This document shows positions 55,916 through 64,000 of a stretch of 64,000 nucleotides of DNA, one piece after another; the stretch's first letter is position 1, and each line of letters begins with the position of its first letter. The notes beneath the pieces were generated by a model, which saw only the letters and a program-made list of their open reading frames with translations, was not told where the DNA came from and ran no database searches. The position numbers were made by a program, and so were the translations under genes. Origin of the DNA: an uncultured Aliarcobacter sp. (GTDB taxonomy: Bacteria > Campylobacterota > Campylobacteria > Campylobacterales > Arcobacteraceae); contig CAXXLV010000001.1 of assembly GCA_963664305.2 (NCBI GenBank), positions 32,001 to 96,000 of the forward strand. The letters are read 5' to 3'.

Positions 55916-55917
55916 AA

Positions 55918-55992
55918 TGGCTCCGGCACCTGGATTCGAACCAGGGACCAAATGATTAACAGTCATCTACTCTACCGCTGAGCTATGCCGGA
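55918..55992 (-). tRNA. tRNA-Asn (GTT), copy 3
   Basis: TCCGGCATAGCTCAG...CTGTTAA...GTTCGAA...GCCA, 75 nt. Confidence 0.97.
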
Positions 55993-56029
55993 ATTTGATT
56001 TTTATTTATTGTAAGTTTTAATTTATAAA

Positions 56030-56104
56030 TGGCTCCGGCACCTGGATTCGAACCAGGGACCAAATGATTAACAGTCATCTACTCTACCGCTGAGCTATGC
56101 CGGA
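56030..56104 (-). tRNA. tRNA-Asn (GTT), copy 2
   Basis: Identical 75-nt copy. Confidence 0.97.
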
Positions 56105-56137
56105 ATCTATAAATTCTAATTATTAAAGTCAAAGTAA

Positions 56138-56212
56138 TGGCTCCGGCACCTGGATTCGAACCAGGGACCAAATGATTAACAGTCATCTACTCTACCGCTG
56201 AGCTATGCCGGA
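56138..56212 (-). tRNA. tRNA-Asn (GTT), copy 1
   Basis: Identical 75-nt copy. Confidence 0.97.
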
Positions 56213-56241
56213 ATTTATGACTTTAACTTTAATGGGGTGGA

Positions 56242-56270
56242 ATTATAGTAAAAAAAGTTTTTATTGTCAA
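56242..56270 (-). promoter_or_regulatory. Consensus sigma70 promoter of the tRNA-Asn cluster
   Basis: TTGACA-17 bp-TATAAT on the minus strand. Confidence 0.88.
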
Positions 56271-56277
56271 GACTTTT

Positions 56278-57195
56278 TCATACATTTTTGTAAAAATCGA
56301 CTCCACTACTATTTACAATTGATATTTTCTTTTCTTCTAAAAGTTTTGACAAAATATCTTTTGATTTATCATCAAACATATTTTCTATATCTTCTTTTGT
56401 AAGAGGTCTTCTCTTTAACATAAAAAGTATTTCATCTTCACTATAAGTTTGAATCAATTTTGGTCTATTTTTAAAAACTATATTTACATTTATATTTTCA
56501 AATCTATTTGCAACTTTTTCTAAAAATTCATAACTAACTGGATTTACTTTATATGCAGGTGGTCTATCAATAGTTCCAATATCAACTCTTTTAGGATTAA
56601 TTTGTTTTACAGCATTAAACAATAACTCTATTTCTTCATCTTTATCATTTACATCTTTAACAAATAAAATTTCTAAAACAAAATCTTTTGTAGTTTTTTG
56701 TGAGAATTCAATCATTGAAGGAACTATTTTTTCAATTTCTACACTTTTGTTTTGTCTATCAAGTTTTTTAAAACACTTTTCACTTACACAATCTAAAGAT
56801 AATTTAACTATATCAATTTTTAATAAAGCATCAAAAATCTCTTTTTTATAAATCGTACTTCCATTTGATAAAATCAATGTTTTTGTTTCACCTTTTATTT
56901 TATTAATTTCATCAATTAAATCATTTAATTTAGGATATAAAGTTGGTTCACCATTACATGTTATTGTAATTACATCTATTTTTGGATGATTTTTAAAACT
57001 ATCTTTTATTGCAGTTATGATTTTTTCAACACTTGGAAATATATCCATTTTTTCAATAGTTTTAGCTGGTTCTAATTCACAATATAAACAATCAAAATTA
57101 CACTGTTTTTTTGATGGAGATAAATCAATACCTAATGATATTCCAAATCTTCTTGAGGGAATTGGTCCAAAAATAATAGAATTTGAATATGACAA
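56278..57195 (-). CDS. Radical SAM protein (COG0731-like)
   Basis: FGPIPSRRFGISLGID, CNFDCLYC and GEPTL. Confidence 0.9.
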   Translation of the reverse strand: MSYSNSIIFGPIPSRRFGISLGIDLSPSKKQCNFDCLYCELEPAKTIEKMDIFPSVEKIITAIKDSFKNHPKIDVITITCNGEPTLYPKLNDLIDEINKIKGETKTLILSNGSTIYKKEIFDALLKIDIVKLSLDCVSEKCFKKLDRQNKSVEIEKIVPSMIEFSQKTTKDFVLEILFVKDVNDKDEEIELLFNAVKQINPKRVDIGTIDRPPAYKVNPVSYEFLEKVANRFENINVNIVFKNRPKLIQTYSEDEILFMLKRRPLTKEDIENMFDDKSKDILSKLLEEKKISIVNSSGVDFYKNV

Positions 57196-57272
57196 AATAA
57201 AAATCCTTTTAAATAAAAAAAGAGAAGCTAAATAGCTTCTCTTTTATAATAATTTTCTAAAACAAATTTGTT

Positions 57273-58313
57273 TTATGCTTTTTTTGAAACTCTTTGACAC
57301 TCTTTTACAAAGTGAATTGCATTTTCAACAGGAACGTCAGGTAAAATTCCATGACCAAGATTGAAAATATGTCCTTCACCCTTCATTATGTTTTGAATTG
57401 CTTCAACACACATTGTTGTTGCCTCTTTAGAATATAATCTACAAGGCTCCATATTTCCTTGTAAAACATATTTATCACCTAATTTTTCTTTTGCAAGAGC
57501 CATTGGTGTTCCCCAATCAACTCCAAATACATCGAAGTTTCCATAAACTAAACCTCTTTCAATAAATGCAGCTATTCCTTTTGGGAACATAATAACTGGA
57601 ATATGAGGATATTTCTCTTTTAAATATTCAGCTATTTCTACCATATATTTCCATGAAAATTCATCATATTTTGAAGGTTCAATTGCCGCAGCCCATGAAT
57701 CAAAGATTTGAACTACATCAACTCCAGCTTCAATTTGTTTTTCCATATAAAACTTAACTACATCAGTTACACGTCTAAGGATTTTATGTAAAAATTCTGG
57801 ATTTGAATACATCATTTTTTTACAAAGATTGTATGTTTTTGTTCCTTGACCTTCTATCATATAAGTTGCAAGTGTCCAAGGAGCACCTGTAAATCCAATC
57901 AAAGCTTTATCTTCTGGTAATCTTTGTTTTAAAATTTTAATAGTCTCATAAACATAAGTTAATTTATTTGCAGCTTCTTCTCCACCAATTAAAGCATCTA
58001 AATCAGCTTCTGTTTTAATTGGTTTATCAAATACTGGACCTTCACCTTTTAAAAAGTCTAATTTCATTCCCATTTCATTTGGAACAACTAAAATATCACT
58101 AAATAAAATAGCAGCATCAACTCCTACAATATCCAAAGGTTGAATTGTAACTTCAGCTGCAAGTTCTGGATTGTGGCATAAATTTAAAAAATTCCCAGCT
58201 TTTGCTCTTACTTCCATATATTCTGGTAAGTAACGTCCAGCTTGTCTCATCATCCAAACAGGAGTATAAGGAGTCTCTTTTCTAAAACATGCATCTACAA
58301 AAATTTTTGACAT
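57273..58313 (-). CDS. hemE: Uroporphyrinogen decarboxylase
   Basis: [30 protein letters not shown] and IFNLGHGI. Confidence 0.98.
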   Translation of the reverse strand: MSKIFVDACFRKETPYTPVWMMRQAGRYLPEYMEVRAKAGNFLNLCHNPELAAEVTIQPLDIVGVDAAILFSDILVVPNEMGMKLDFLKGEGPVFDKPIKTEADLDALIGGEEAANKLTYVYETIKILKQRLPEDKALIGFTGAPWTLATYMIEGQGTKTYNLCKKMMYSNPEFLHKILRRVTDVVKFYMEKQIEAGVDVVQIFDSWAAAIEPSKYDEFSWKYMVEIAEYLKEKYPHIPVIMFPKGIAAFIERGLVYGNFDVFGVDWGTPMALAKEKLGDKYVLQGNMEPCRLYSKEATTMCVEAIQNIMKGEGHIFNLGHGILPDVPVENAIHFVKECQRVSKKA

Positions 58314-58388
58314 TTTAATCCTTAGAAATAGTCCCCATTTTAAGGGACCAATTATTTATCATCTACTTTTTTTAAAGTAGCAAAAAAT

Positions 58389-58895
58389 TTAATGTTTTCC
58401 AACTTTATTTAAAAAATAAAGTCCTAATGATAATAGTGCAATTGAAACAGCAAAATAAAGCATCTCTAATGCACCATCATATTTTGTATGTAAAACTTTT
58501 TGAAAAAAGCTTACAATTAATACCATAACAATTACTTTTGCGATTTTATCTTTTAATTGATCTAGTGAATGAATTGCTAAAATATTACTACCACTTTTTT
58601 CAGCCGCATCAATTTTTGAAATAAATAGTTCGTAAATTCCAAATGCAAAAATTAACATAACTACAGCAATTAAGTATAAATCAACCGCACCAATAATTTT
58701 ACTAACTATTTCTTCATGAAAATCTTCAGGATGTAAACCATTTAAATAAACATCCATTGCGTATTTAATAACCTCATAAATATCCATTGAAGCAACAACA
58801 AAAAGTATTATCGAACCTAATAATCCAAATATTACTGCAAGCAAAACAAAAAGTCTTGCTTGCCACATTGTAGTTTCAAAAAATTTTTCTAGCAT
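58389..58895 (-). CDS. YqhA/UPF0114 family membrane protein
   Basis: VDLYLI, GIYELFISKID and LKDKIAKVIV. Confidence 0.85.
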   Translation of the reverse strand: MLEKFFETTMWQARLFVLLAVIFGLLGSIILFVVASMDIYEVIKYAMDVYLNGLHPEDFHEEIVSKIIGAVDLYLIAVVMLIFAFGIYELFISKIDAAEKSGSNILAIHSLDQLKDKIAKVIVMVLIVSFFQKVLHTKYDGALEMLYFAVSIALLSLGLYFLNKVGKH

Positions 58896-58896
58896 A

Positions 58897-59934
58897 CTAA
58901 ATATCATTTTCCATATCTATCCATTTAAGAGCAATTCTAACTGCATTTGTTGCAGCCCCTACTCTTACTTGGTCAGCTACGTTGAAATAATGAACAATGT
59001 TTGAAGCATAAACATCTTTTCTAATTCTTCCAACATAAGTTAAATCTGTATCTGTTGAAATAATTGGCATTGGATATTTTTTGTTTGGTAAATCATCAAT
59101 TACTTTTAGATTTTCAAAGTTATTTAATGCATTTCTTACATCATCTAAATTAACTTCTACATTTTCACCAAATGTAACTGTAATTGATTCACTATGAGAT
59201 CTTAAAACAGGAACTCTTACACAAGTTGCAGCAACTTGAATATTTTTGTGCATAATTTTTTGAGTTTCATTTACCATTTTCATTTCTTCTTTAGTAAATC
59301 CATTCTCTTTTGCAACATCAATTTGAGGAATTACATTTAAAGCTATTTGATAAGGGAAAGCTTTAATTTCTGTTTCATCTAATCTAAATGCAAAAAAATC
59401 TTGCATTTGTTTTACAAGTTCTTCCATACCAGTTTTTCCAGCACCTGAAACAGCTTGATATGTTGAAACATCAACTCTTTTGATTCCATATAAATCATCT
59501 AATGGTTTTAAACTTTGAACCATTTGAATAGTTGAACAATTTGGATTTGCAATAATTCCAGTTTCTCTCCATAATTTAATATCTTCTGGATTAACTTCAG
59601 GAACAACTAAAGGAACTTTTGGGTCCATTCTAAAGTGACTTGTATTATCAATTACTACAGCCCCTGCTTCAACTGCAAATTTTGCAAATTGTTCAGAAAC
59701 ACTTCCACCTGCACTAAAAAATGCGATTTCAACATCATTTTCTTCAAATACAGTTTCAGTTAATTCTAAAACTGTAACTTCTTTATTCATATATTCAATT
59801 TTTGAACCAGCACTTCTTGCACTCGCTAATGGTATTAATTTATTTATTGGGAAATTATTTTCTTCTAAAACTCTAAATAACTCTTCACCAACTGCACCAG
59901 TTGCTCCAACAACTGCAACATTAAATTTTCTCAT
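58897..59934 (-). CDS. asd: Aspartate-semialdehyde dehydrogenase
   Basis: GATGAVG, IANPNCSTIQ, STYQAVSGAG and CVRVPV. Confidence 0.98.
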   Translation of the reverse strand: MRKFNVAVVGATGAVGEELFRVLEENNFPINKLIPLASARSAGSKIEYMNKEVTVLELTETVFEENDVEIAFFSAGGSVSEQFAKFAVEAGAVVIDNTSHFRMDPKVPLVVPEVNPEDIKLWRETGIIANPNCSTIQMVQSLKPLDDLYGIKRVDVSTYQAVSGAGKTGMEELVKQMQDFFAFRLDETEIKAFPYQIALNVIPQIDVAKENGFTKEEMKMVNETQKIMHKNIQVAATCVRVPVLRSHSESITVTFGENVEVNLDDVRNALNNFENLKVIDDLPNKKYPMPIISTDTDLTYVGRIRKDVYASNIVHYFNVADQVRVGAATNAVRIALKWIDMENDI

Positions 59935-59937
59935 TTC

Positions 59938-62541
59938 TTATTCTTCCTCATCTTTTTCTAAATTATCATCATTTTTTTCTAAATCTAAAACATCTAATAA
60001 AGTTTGATTTTTTGTATTTGTAGAAATCTCAGTGTTTGTTTCTAAAATTTCTCCATCTTCGTTATATCTAATAACATTTCCATTTTCATCAAGTTCTATC
60101 TCTTCATCCTCTTTTGGACATTTAGCAATAGACACAACTTTATCATCTTTATCAACATTTACAATAATTACACCTGAAGTATTTCTTCCAGCTTTTCTAA
60201 TTGTATTCATATCAACTCTAATCATTTTTCCAATTGAAGTTAATAACATTAAATCTTGTGAATCATCAACTAAAACTTCACCTACAATATTTCCAGTTTT
60301 TGGAGAAAGTTTCATTGCAATTACTCCAGAACCTGCTCTGTTTGTAAGTCTATACTCTTCAACTGTTGTTCTTTTTCCAATTCCTTTTTCTGAAACTGTT
60401 AAAATTTCTTGATCTTCAGAAGTAATTACATCAGCATCTACAACAAAGTCAGTATCAATTTTAAATTTAATACCTCTAACCCCTCTAGTACTTCTTCCTT
60501 GATCTCTTGTTTTATCAAGTTCAAATCTAATACATTGACCAAGACTTGTAAATATCATAATATATTGGGTTTGTGTATCTGCAATTTTTGCTGTTACGAT
60601 TTCATCTGCATCATCAAGAACGATTGCTCTAACTCCATTACTTCTGATATTTGAGAATTCATTTAATGATGTTCTTTTAATAACCCCATTTCTTGTGAAG
60701 AATACAAGTGATTTACTTTCATCAAAATCTGGTGTTGGAATAATTTCCATGATTTTTTCATCAGGTCTTAAGTTAATTAAGTTAACAACTGCTTTACCTT
60801 TAGCAGTTCTACTTCCTTCAGGAATTTTATAAACTTTTAACCAATATAATTGTCCCATATTTGTAACAAACATTAAAGTATCATGGGTATTACTTACAAA
60901 GAACTTCTCAATAAAATCATCATCATGCGTAGTAACGGCAACTTTACCTTTACCACCTCTTTTTTGTTTTTCATAAGATTTAATTGGAACTCTTTTTACA
61001 TATCCATTATGAGTAATTGTTACTACCATTGGCTCATTTGGAATTAAATCTTCCACATCAATTTCATCATATGAATCTTCAATTTCTGTTCTTCTATCAC
61101 TTGAGAATTTTTCTTGAATTTCAGTTAATTCTTCTTTGATAATTTGATTTAATTTCTCTTCAGATTTTAAAATTGATTCTAATTCAGCAATTAATATCAT
61201 AAGTTCAGCATATTCTGCTTCTAATTTATCTCTTTGAAGACCTGTTAATCTTCCAAGTCTCATATCTAAAATTGCTTGAGATTGAATTGGGCTTAGTCCA
61301 AATCTATTTTGTAAACTATCTTTTGCTTCTTGATCATTTGCACTAGCTCTGATGATTTTAACAACTTCATCAATATTGTCTAAAGCAATTTTTAAACCTT
61401 CTAAAATATGTGCTCTTGCTTTTGCTTTTTCTAAATCAAATATTGTTCTTCTAATAATTACTGTTTTTCTATGAGATAAGAAAATATTTAATAATTGAGG
61501 TAAATTAAATACTTTTGGCTCTTTATTATAAACAGCTAAAAGAATAATTCCAAATGTTGTTTCCATTGGAGTTGATTTGTATAAATTGTTTAAAACAATT
61601 TCACTCATCGCATCTTTTTTAAGTTCAATTACAACTCTAATACCTTCTCTATCAGATTCATCTCTAACTTCAGAAATTCCTTCAATTTGTTTGTCTTTTG
61701 CAAGATTTGCAATAAGTTCAATTAATCTAGCTTTATTCACTTGATAAGGTAATTCATCAAGAACAATAATCTCTTTTTTACCTCTTGTTTCAATGTGATG
61801 CTTAGCTCTAATTCTAACTCTTCCTCGTCCAGTATTATATGCATCAATAATTCCACGTCTTCCAAAAATTGTTCCACCAGTTGGGAAATCAGGACCTTGG
61901 ATAAATTGCATTAATTCATCTGCAGTTGCATCTGGATTATCAATTGTATATAAAACTGCATTTAATAATTCATTTATGTTATGTGGAGGAATTTTTGTAG
62001 CCATACCAACTGCAATTCCTTCACTTCCATTTAATAAAAGAGTTGGAACACGAGTTGGAAGAACTGATGGTTCTTTCATAGTATCATCATAATTTGGAAC
62101 AAAATTTACAGTATCTTTGTCTAAATCTCTTAATACTTCTTCAGCTATTCTAGTCATTCTAGCTTCTGTATATCTCATAGCTGCTGCACTATCACCATCG
62201 ATTGAACCGAAGTTTCCTTGTCCATCAACAAGTGGTGCTCTCATTGAGAAATTTTGAGCCATTCTTACTAAGGCATCATAAACAGAAGTATCTCCATGTG
62301 GGTGGTACTTACCAATAACATCTCCAACAATTCTTGCAGATTTTTTATAAGCAGATTTTGAAGTAATACTTAAATCATGCATTGCATATAAGATTCTTCT
62401 ATGCACTGGTTTTAAACCATCTTTTGCATCTGGTAATGCCCTACCTATAATAACACTCATAGAGTAATCTAAATAAGAGGCTTTTACTGAGTCTTCAATA
62501 TTTACATCTATAATATCTTGATTTTCGAAAAGGTTTTCCAT
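59938..62541 (-). CDS. gyrA: DNA gyrase subunit A
   Basis: YHPHGD, AAMRYTE, GyrA-box QKRGGKG, beta-pinwheel repeats, acidic tail. Confidence 0.98.
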   Translation of the reverse strand: MENLFENQDIIDVNIEDSVKASYLDYSMSVIIGRALPDAKDGLKPVHRRILYAMHDLSITSKSAYKKSARIVGDVIGKYHPHGDTSVYDALVRMAQNFSMRAPLVDGQGNFGSIDGDSAAAMRYTEARMTRIAEEVLRDLDKDTVNFVPNYDDTMKEPSVLPTRVPTLLLNGSEGIAVGMATKIPPHNINELLNAVLYTIDNPDATADELMQFIQGPDFPTGGTIFGRRGIIDAYNTGRGRVRIRAKHHIETRGKKEIIVLDELPYQVNKARLIELIANLAKDKQIEGISEVRDESDREGIRVVIELKKDAMSEIVLNNLYKSTPMETTFGIILLAVYNKEPKVFNLPQLLNIFLSHRKTVIIRRTIFDLEKAKARAHILEGLKIALDNIDEVVKIIRASANDQEAKDSLQNRFGLSPIQSQAILDMRLGRLTGLQRDKLEAEYAELMILIAELESILKSEEKLNQIIKEELTEIQEKFSSDRRTEIEDSYDEIDVEDLIPNEPMVVTITHNGYVKRVPIKSYEKQKRGGKGKVAVTTHDDDFIEKFFVSNTHDTLMFVTNMGQLYWLKVYKIPEGSRTAKGKAVVNLINLRPDEKIMEIIPTPDFDESKSLVFFTRNGVIKRTSLNEFSNIRSNGVRAIVLDDADEIVTAKIADTQTQYIMIFTSLGQCIRFELDKTRDQGRSTRGVRGIKFKIDTDFVVDADVITSEDQEILTVSEKGIGKRTTVEEYRLTNRAGSGVIAMKLSPKTGNIVGEVLVDDSQDLMLLTSIGKMIRVDMNTIRKAGRNTSGVIIVNVDKDDKVVSIAKCPKEDEEIELDENGNVIRYNEDGEILETNTEISTNTKNQTLLDVLDLEKNDDNLEKDEEE

Positions 62542-62691
62542 AAAAAAAGGCCTTTGTAATATAAAATTGATTTATTTTATCTAAATTGCGCTTAGTACTT
62601 CTTGTAATAAGTTTTAATAAAATTAAATTATAAAAAAAGGGGACAAAAGTTTAAACTTTCATCCCCTAATATTTTTAATTAAAATTAAAAA

Positions 62692-62907
62692 TTATTTTTC
62701 GTTATTGTGTTTTACAATGATAGAATAAATTTCGTCTTTTAATTTTAATTTTTCTTTTTTCTTAGATTCAATTTCAAATTGATCAGCATGTGATTGTTCA
62801 AGTTTAGCAATTAAATCATCTAACTCATTGTGCTTCTCAAAAAGTTTGTGAAAATGTGTGTCTTTTTGCTTTAACTCTGTAATTACATCTCTATATTCGT
62901 GAAACAT
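62692..62907 (-). CDS. YdcH/DUF465 family small protein
   Basis: MFHEYRD..HF.KLF.KHNELD..KKEKLKLKDEI pattern. Confidence 0.85.
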   Translation of the reverse strand: MFHEYRDVITELKQKDTHFHKLFEKHNELDDLIAKLEQSHADQFEIESKKKEKLKLKDEIYSIIVKHNNEK

Positions 62908-62986
62908 TCTTGTATCCTATATGTTTAAATTTGAATTCGGCGATTATACAGTCAATGTACTTAATTTTTTGTAAAAAAATAATATA

Positions 62987-64000
62987 TTAACTTCTATAAT
63001 CTGCATTAATTTCTACATATTTGTAACCTAAATCACAACCATATGCAGTAAATTTACCATCACCTAAACCAATATCACAAATAATTTTATATTTATCTTT
63101 TTTTAATACATCTGCTGCTTTTGCTTCAGTTTGAGCATCAAAACAGATTTCACCTTTGTTAAATACTACAACATCATTGTAAGAAATTACTAATTTTTCA
63201 TCATCACAATCAATTCTTGATGCACCAATAGTTGATGCAATTCTTCCAAAATTTGGATCTTCTCCAAAAAGTGCAGTTTTAACTAAAAGTGAATTTGATA
63301 ATGCTTTTGCTGCAATCATTGCTTGTTCATTTGATACAGCATTGATTACTTCAAATGCCGCAACTTTTTTAGCACCTTCACCATCTGCTACCATTAACAT
63401 TGCCATATCATACATTACAAGTCTTAGTGCTTCTTTAAATGCCTCTTTATCGTAAGCATTTGATTTTCCATTTGCTAAAACCATAACTGTATCATTTGTT
63501 GAAGTATCACCATCAACAGAAATTGCATTAAATGTTGTTTCACTATTTGCTATTAATGCTTCTTTTATATCTTCAAAAGGAGCAGTGGCATCTGTACAAA
63601 TAAAACAAAGCATAGTTGCAAGATTTGGATTTATCATACCAGCACCTTTTGCAACAGCGCCTATTTTAAAAGAAGTTCCATTTTCAAGTTTTACTTCATA
63701 CATACAAGTTTTTGGATATGCATCTGTTGTCATAATAGCTTTTGACAAATTTTCACCATTTTTAGCCGTTAAATCAAACTTTTTAGCACCAGCTACTAAT
63801 TTTTCAATTGGTAATGGATTTCCAATAACACCTGTACTACTCATTACTGGATTTATTAAATCAAAATCAAGTTGAGAAAATAGAGTATTAATCGATTCAA
63901 TACCTTTTCTTCCTGTTAATGCGTTTGCATTTTTTGAATTTATTAAAACAAAATTTGTTTTAAAATTTTCACCATATTGTAAAAAATGTTTTAAAGGTGC
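62987..64000 (-). CDS. argJ: Bifunctional ornithine acetyltransferase ArgJ, 3' part (5' end beyond window)
   Basis: Frame is open to the window edge (INSKNANA); STGVIG, KGAGMINPNLATML, DGDTSTND, DGEGA and INADYRS. Confidence 0.96.
   Translation of the reverse strand, partial: APLKHFLQYGENFKTNFVLINSKNANALTGRKGIESINTLFSQLDFDLINPVMSSTGVIGNPLPIEKLVAGAKKFDLTAKNGENLSKAIMTTDAYPKTCMYEVKLENGTSFKIGAVAKGAGMINPNLATMLCFICTDATAPFEDIKEALIANSETTFNAISVDGDTSTNDTVMVLANGKSNAYDKEAFKEALRLVMYDMAMLMVADGEGAKKVAAFEVINAVSNEQAMIAAKALSNSLLVKTALFGEDPNFGRIASTIGASRIDCDDEKLVISYNDVVVFNKGEICFDAQTEAKAADVLKKDKYKIICDIGLGDGKFTAYGCDLGYKYVEINADYRS

Noticed and set aside
55918..56212. Repeat-spacer-repeat pattern resembling a CRISPR array
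   Set aside because: The repeats are 75-nt complete tRNA-Asn genes, and there are no cas genes in the window.

Overview
This is an AT-rich chromosomal window from a Campylobacterota bacterium. The 16S/23S sequences, gene order and codon style point to Arcobacter/Aliarcobacter, but the species cannot be determined here. Core content: atpE, katG-ahpC-trxA, proA, ccoG, a phosphohexomutase, fldA, fur, feoAB, trpA, panB, ruvB, hemE, asd, gyrA and a partial argJ. RNA genes: one complete minus-strand rrn operon (16S-tRNA-Ile-tRNA-Ala-23S-5S), tRNA-Leu(GAG) and three tandem tRNA-Asn(GTT). No IS element, prophage, integrase or CRISPR array was seen. Most interesting observations: (1) a Fur-boxed five-gene periplasmic iron/redox operon (imelysin, di-heme DUF1111-type oxidoreductase, second imelysin, di-iron sterol-desaturase-like membrane protein, MauG/CCP-type di-heme peroxidase); (2) a second Fur-boxed operon that starts with an unannotated 19-aa Cys-x-Cys peptide and continues with DUF2325, an apparently nuclease-dead McrC-like protein and flavodoxin; (3) a GC-rich structured 5' UTR upstream of atpE (candidate riboswitch-like RNA); (4) a shared 11-bp-period CAC(C) direct-repeat promoter architecture; (5) a frameshifted proA; (6) a Cys-less Ogt-like pseudoenzyme; (7) an FTR-rhodanese fusion; (8) a TetR-operator-controlled three-gene cassette at a tRNA 3' end. 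All family assignments come from motif recognition by eye, not from database searches.
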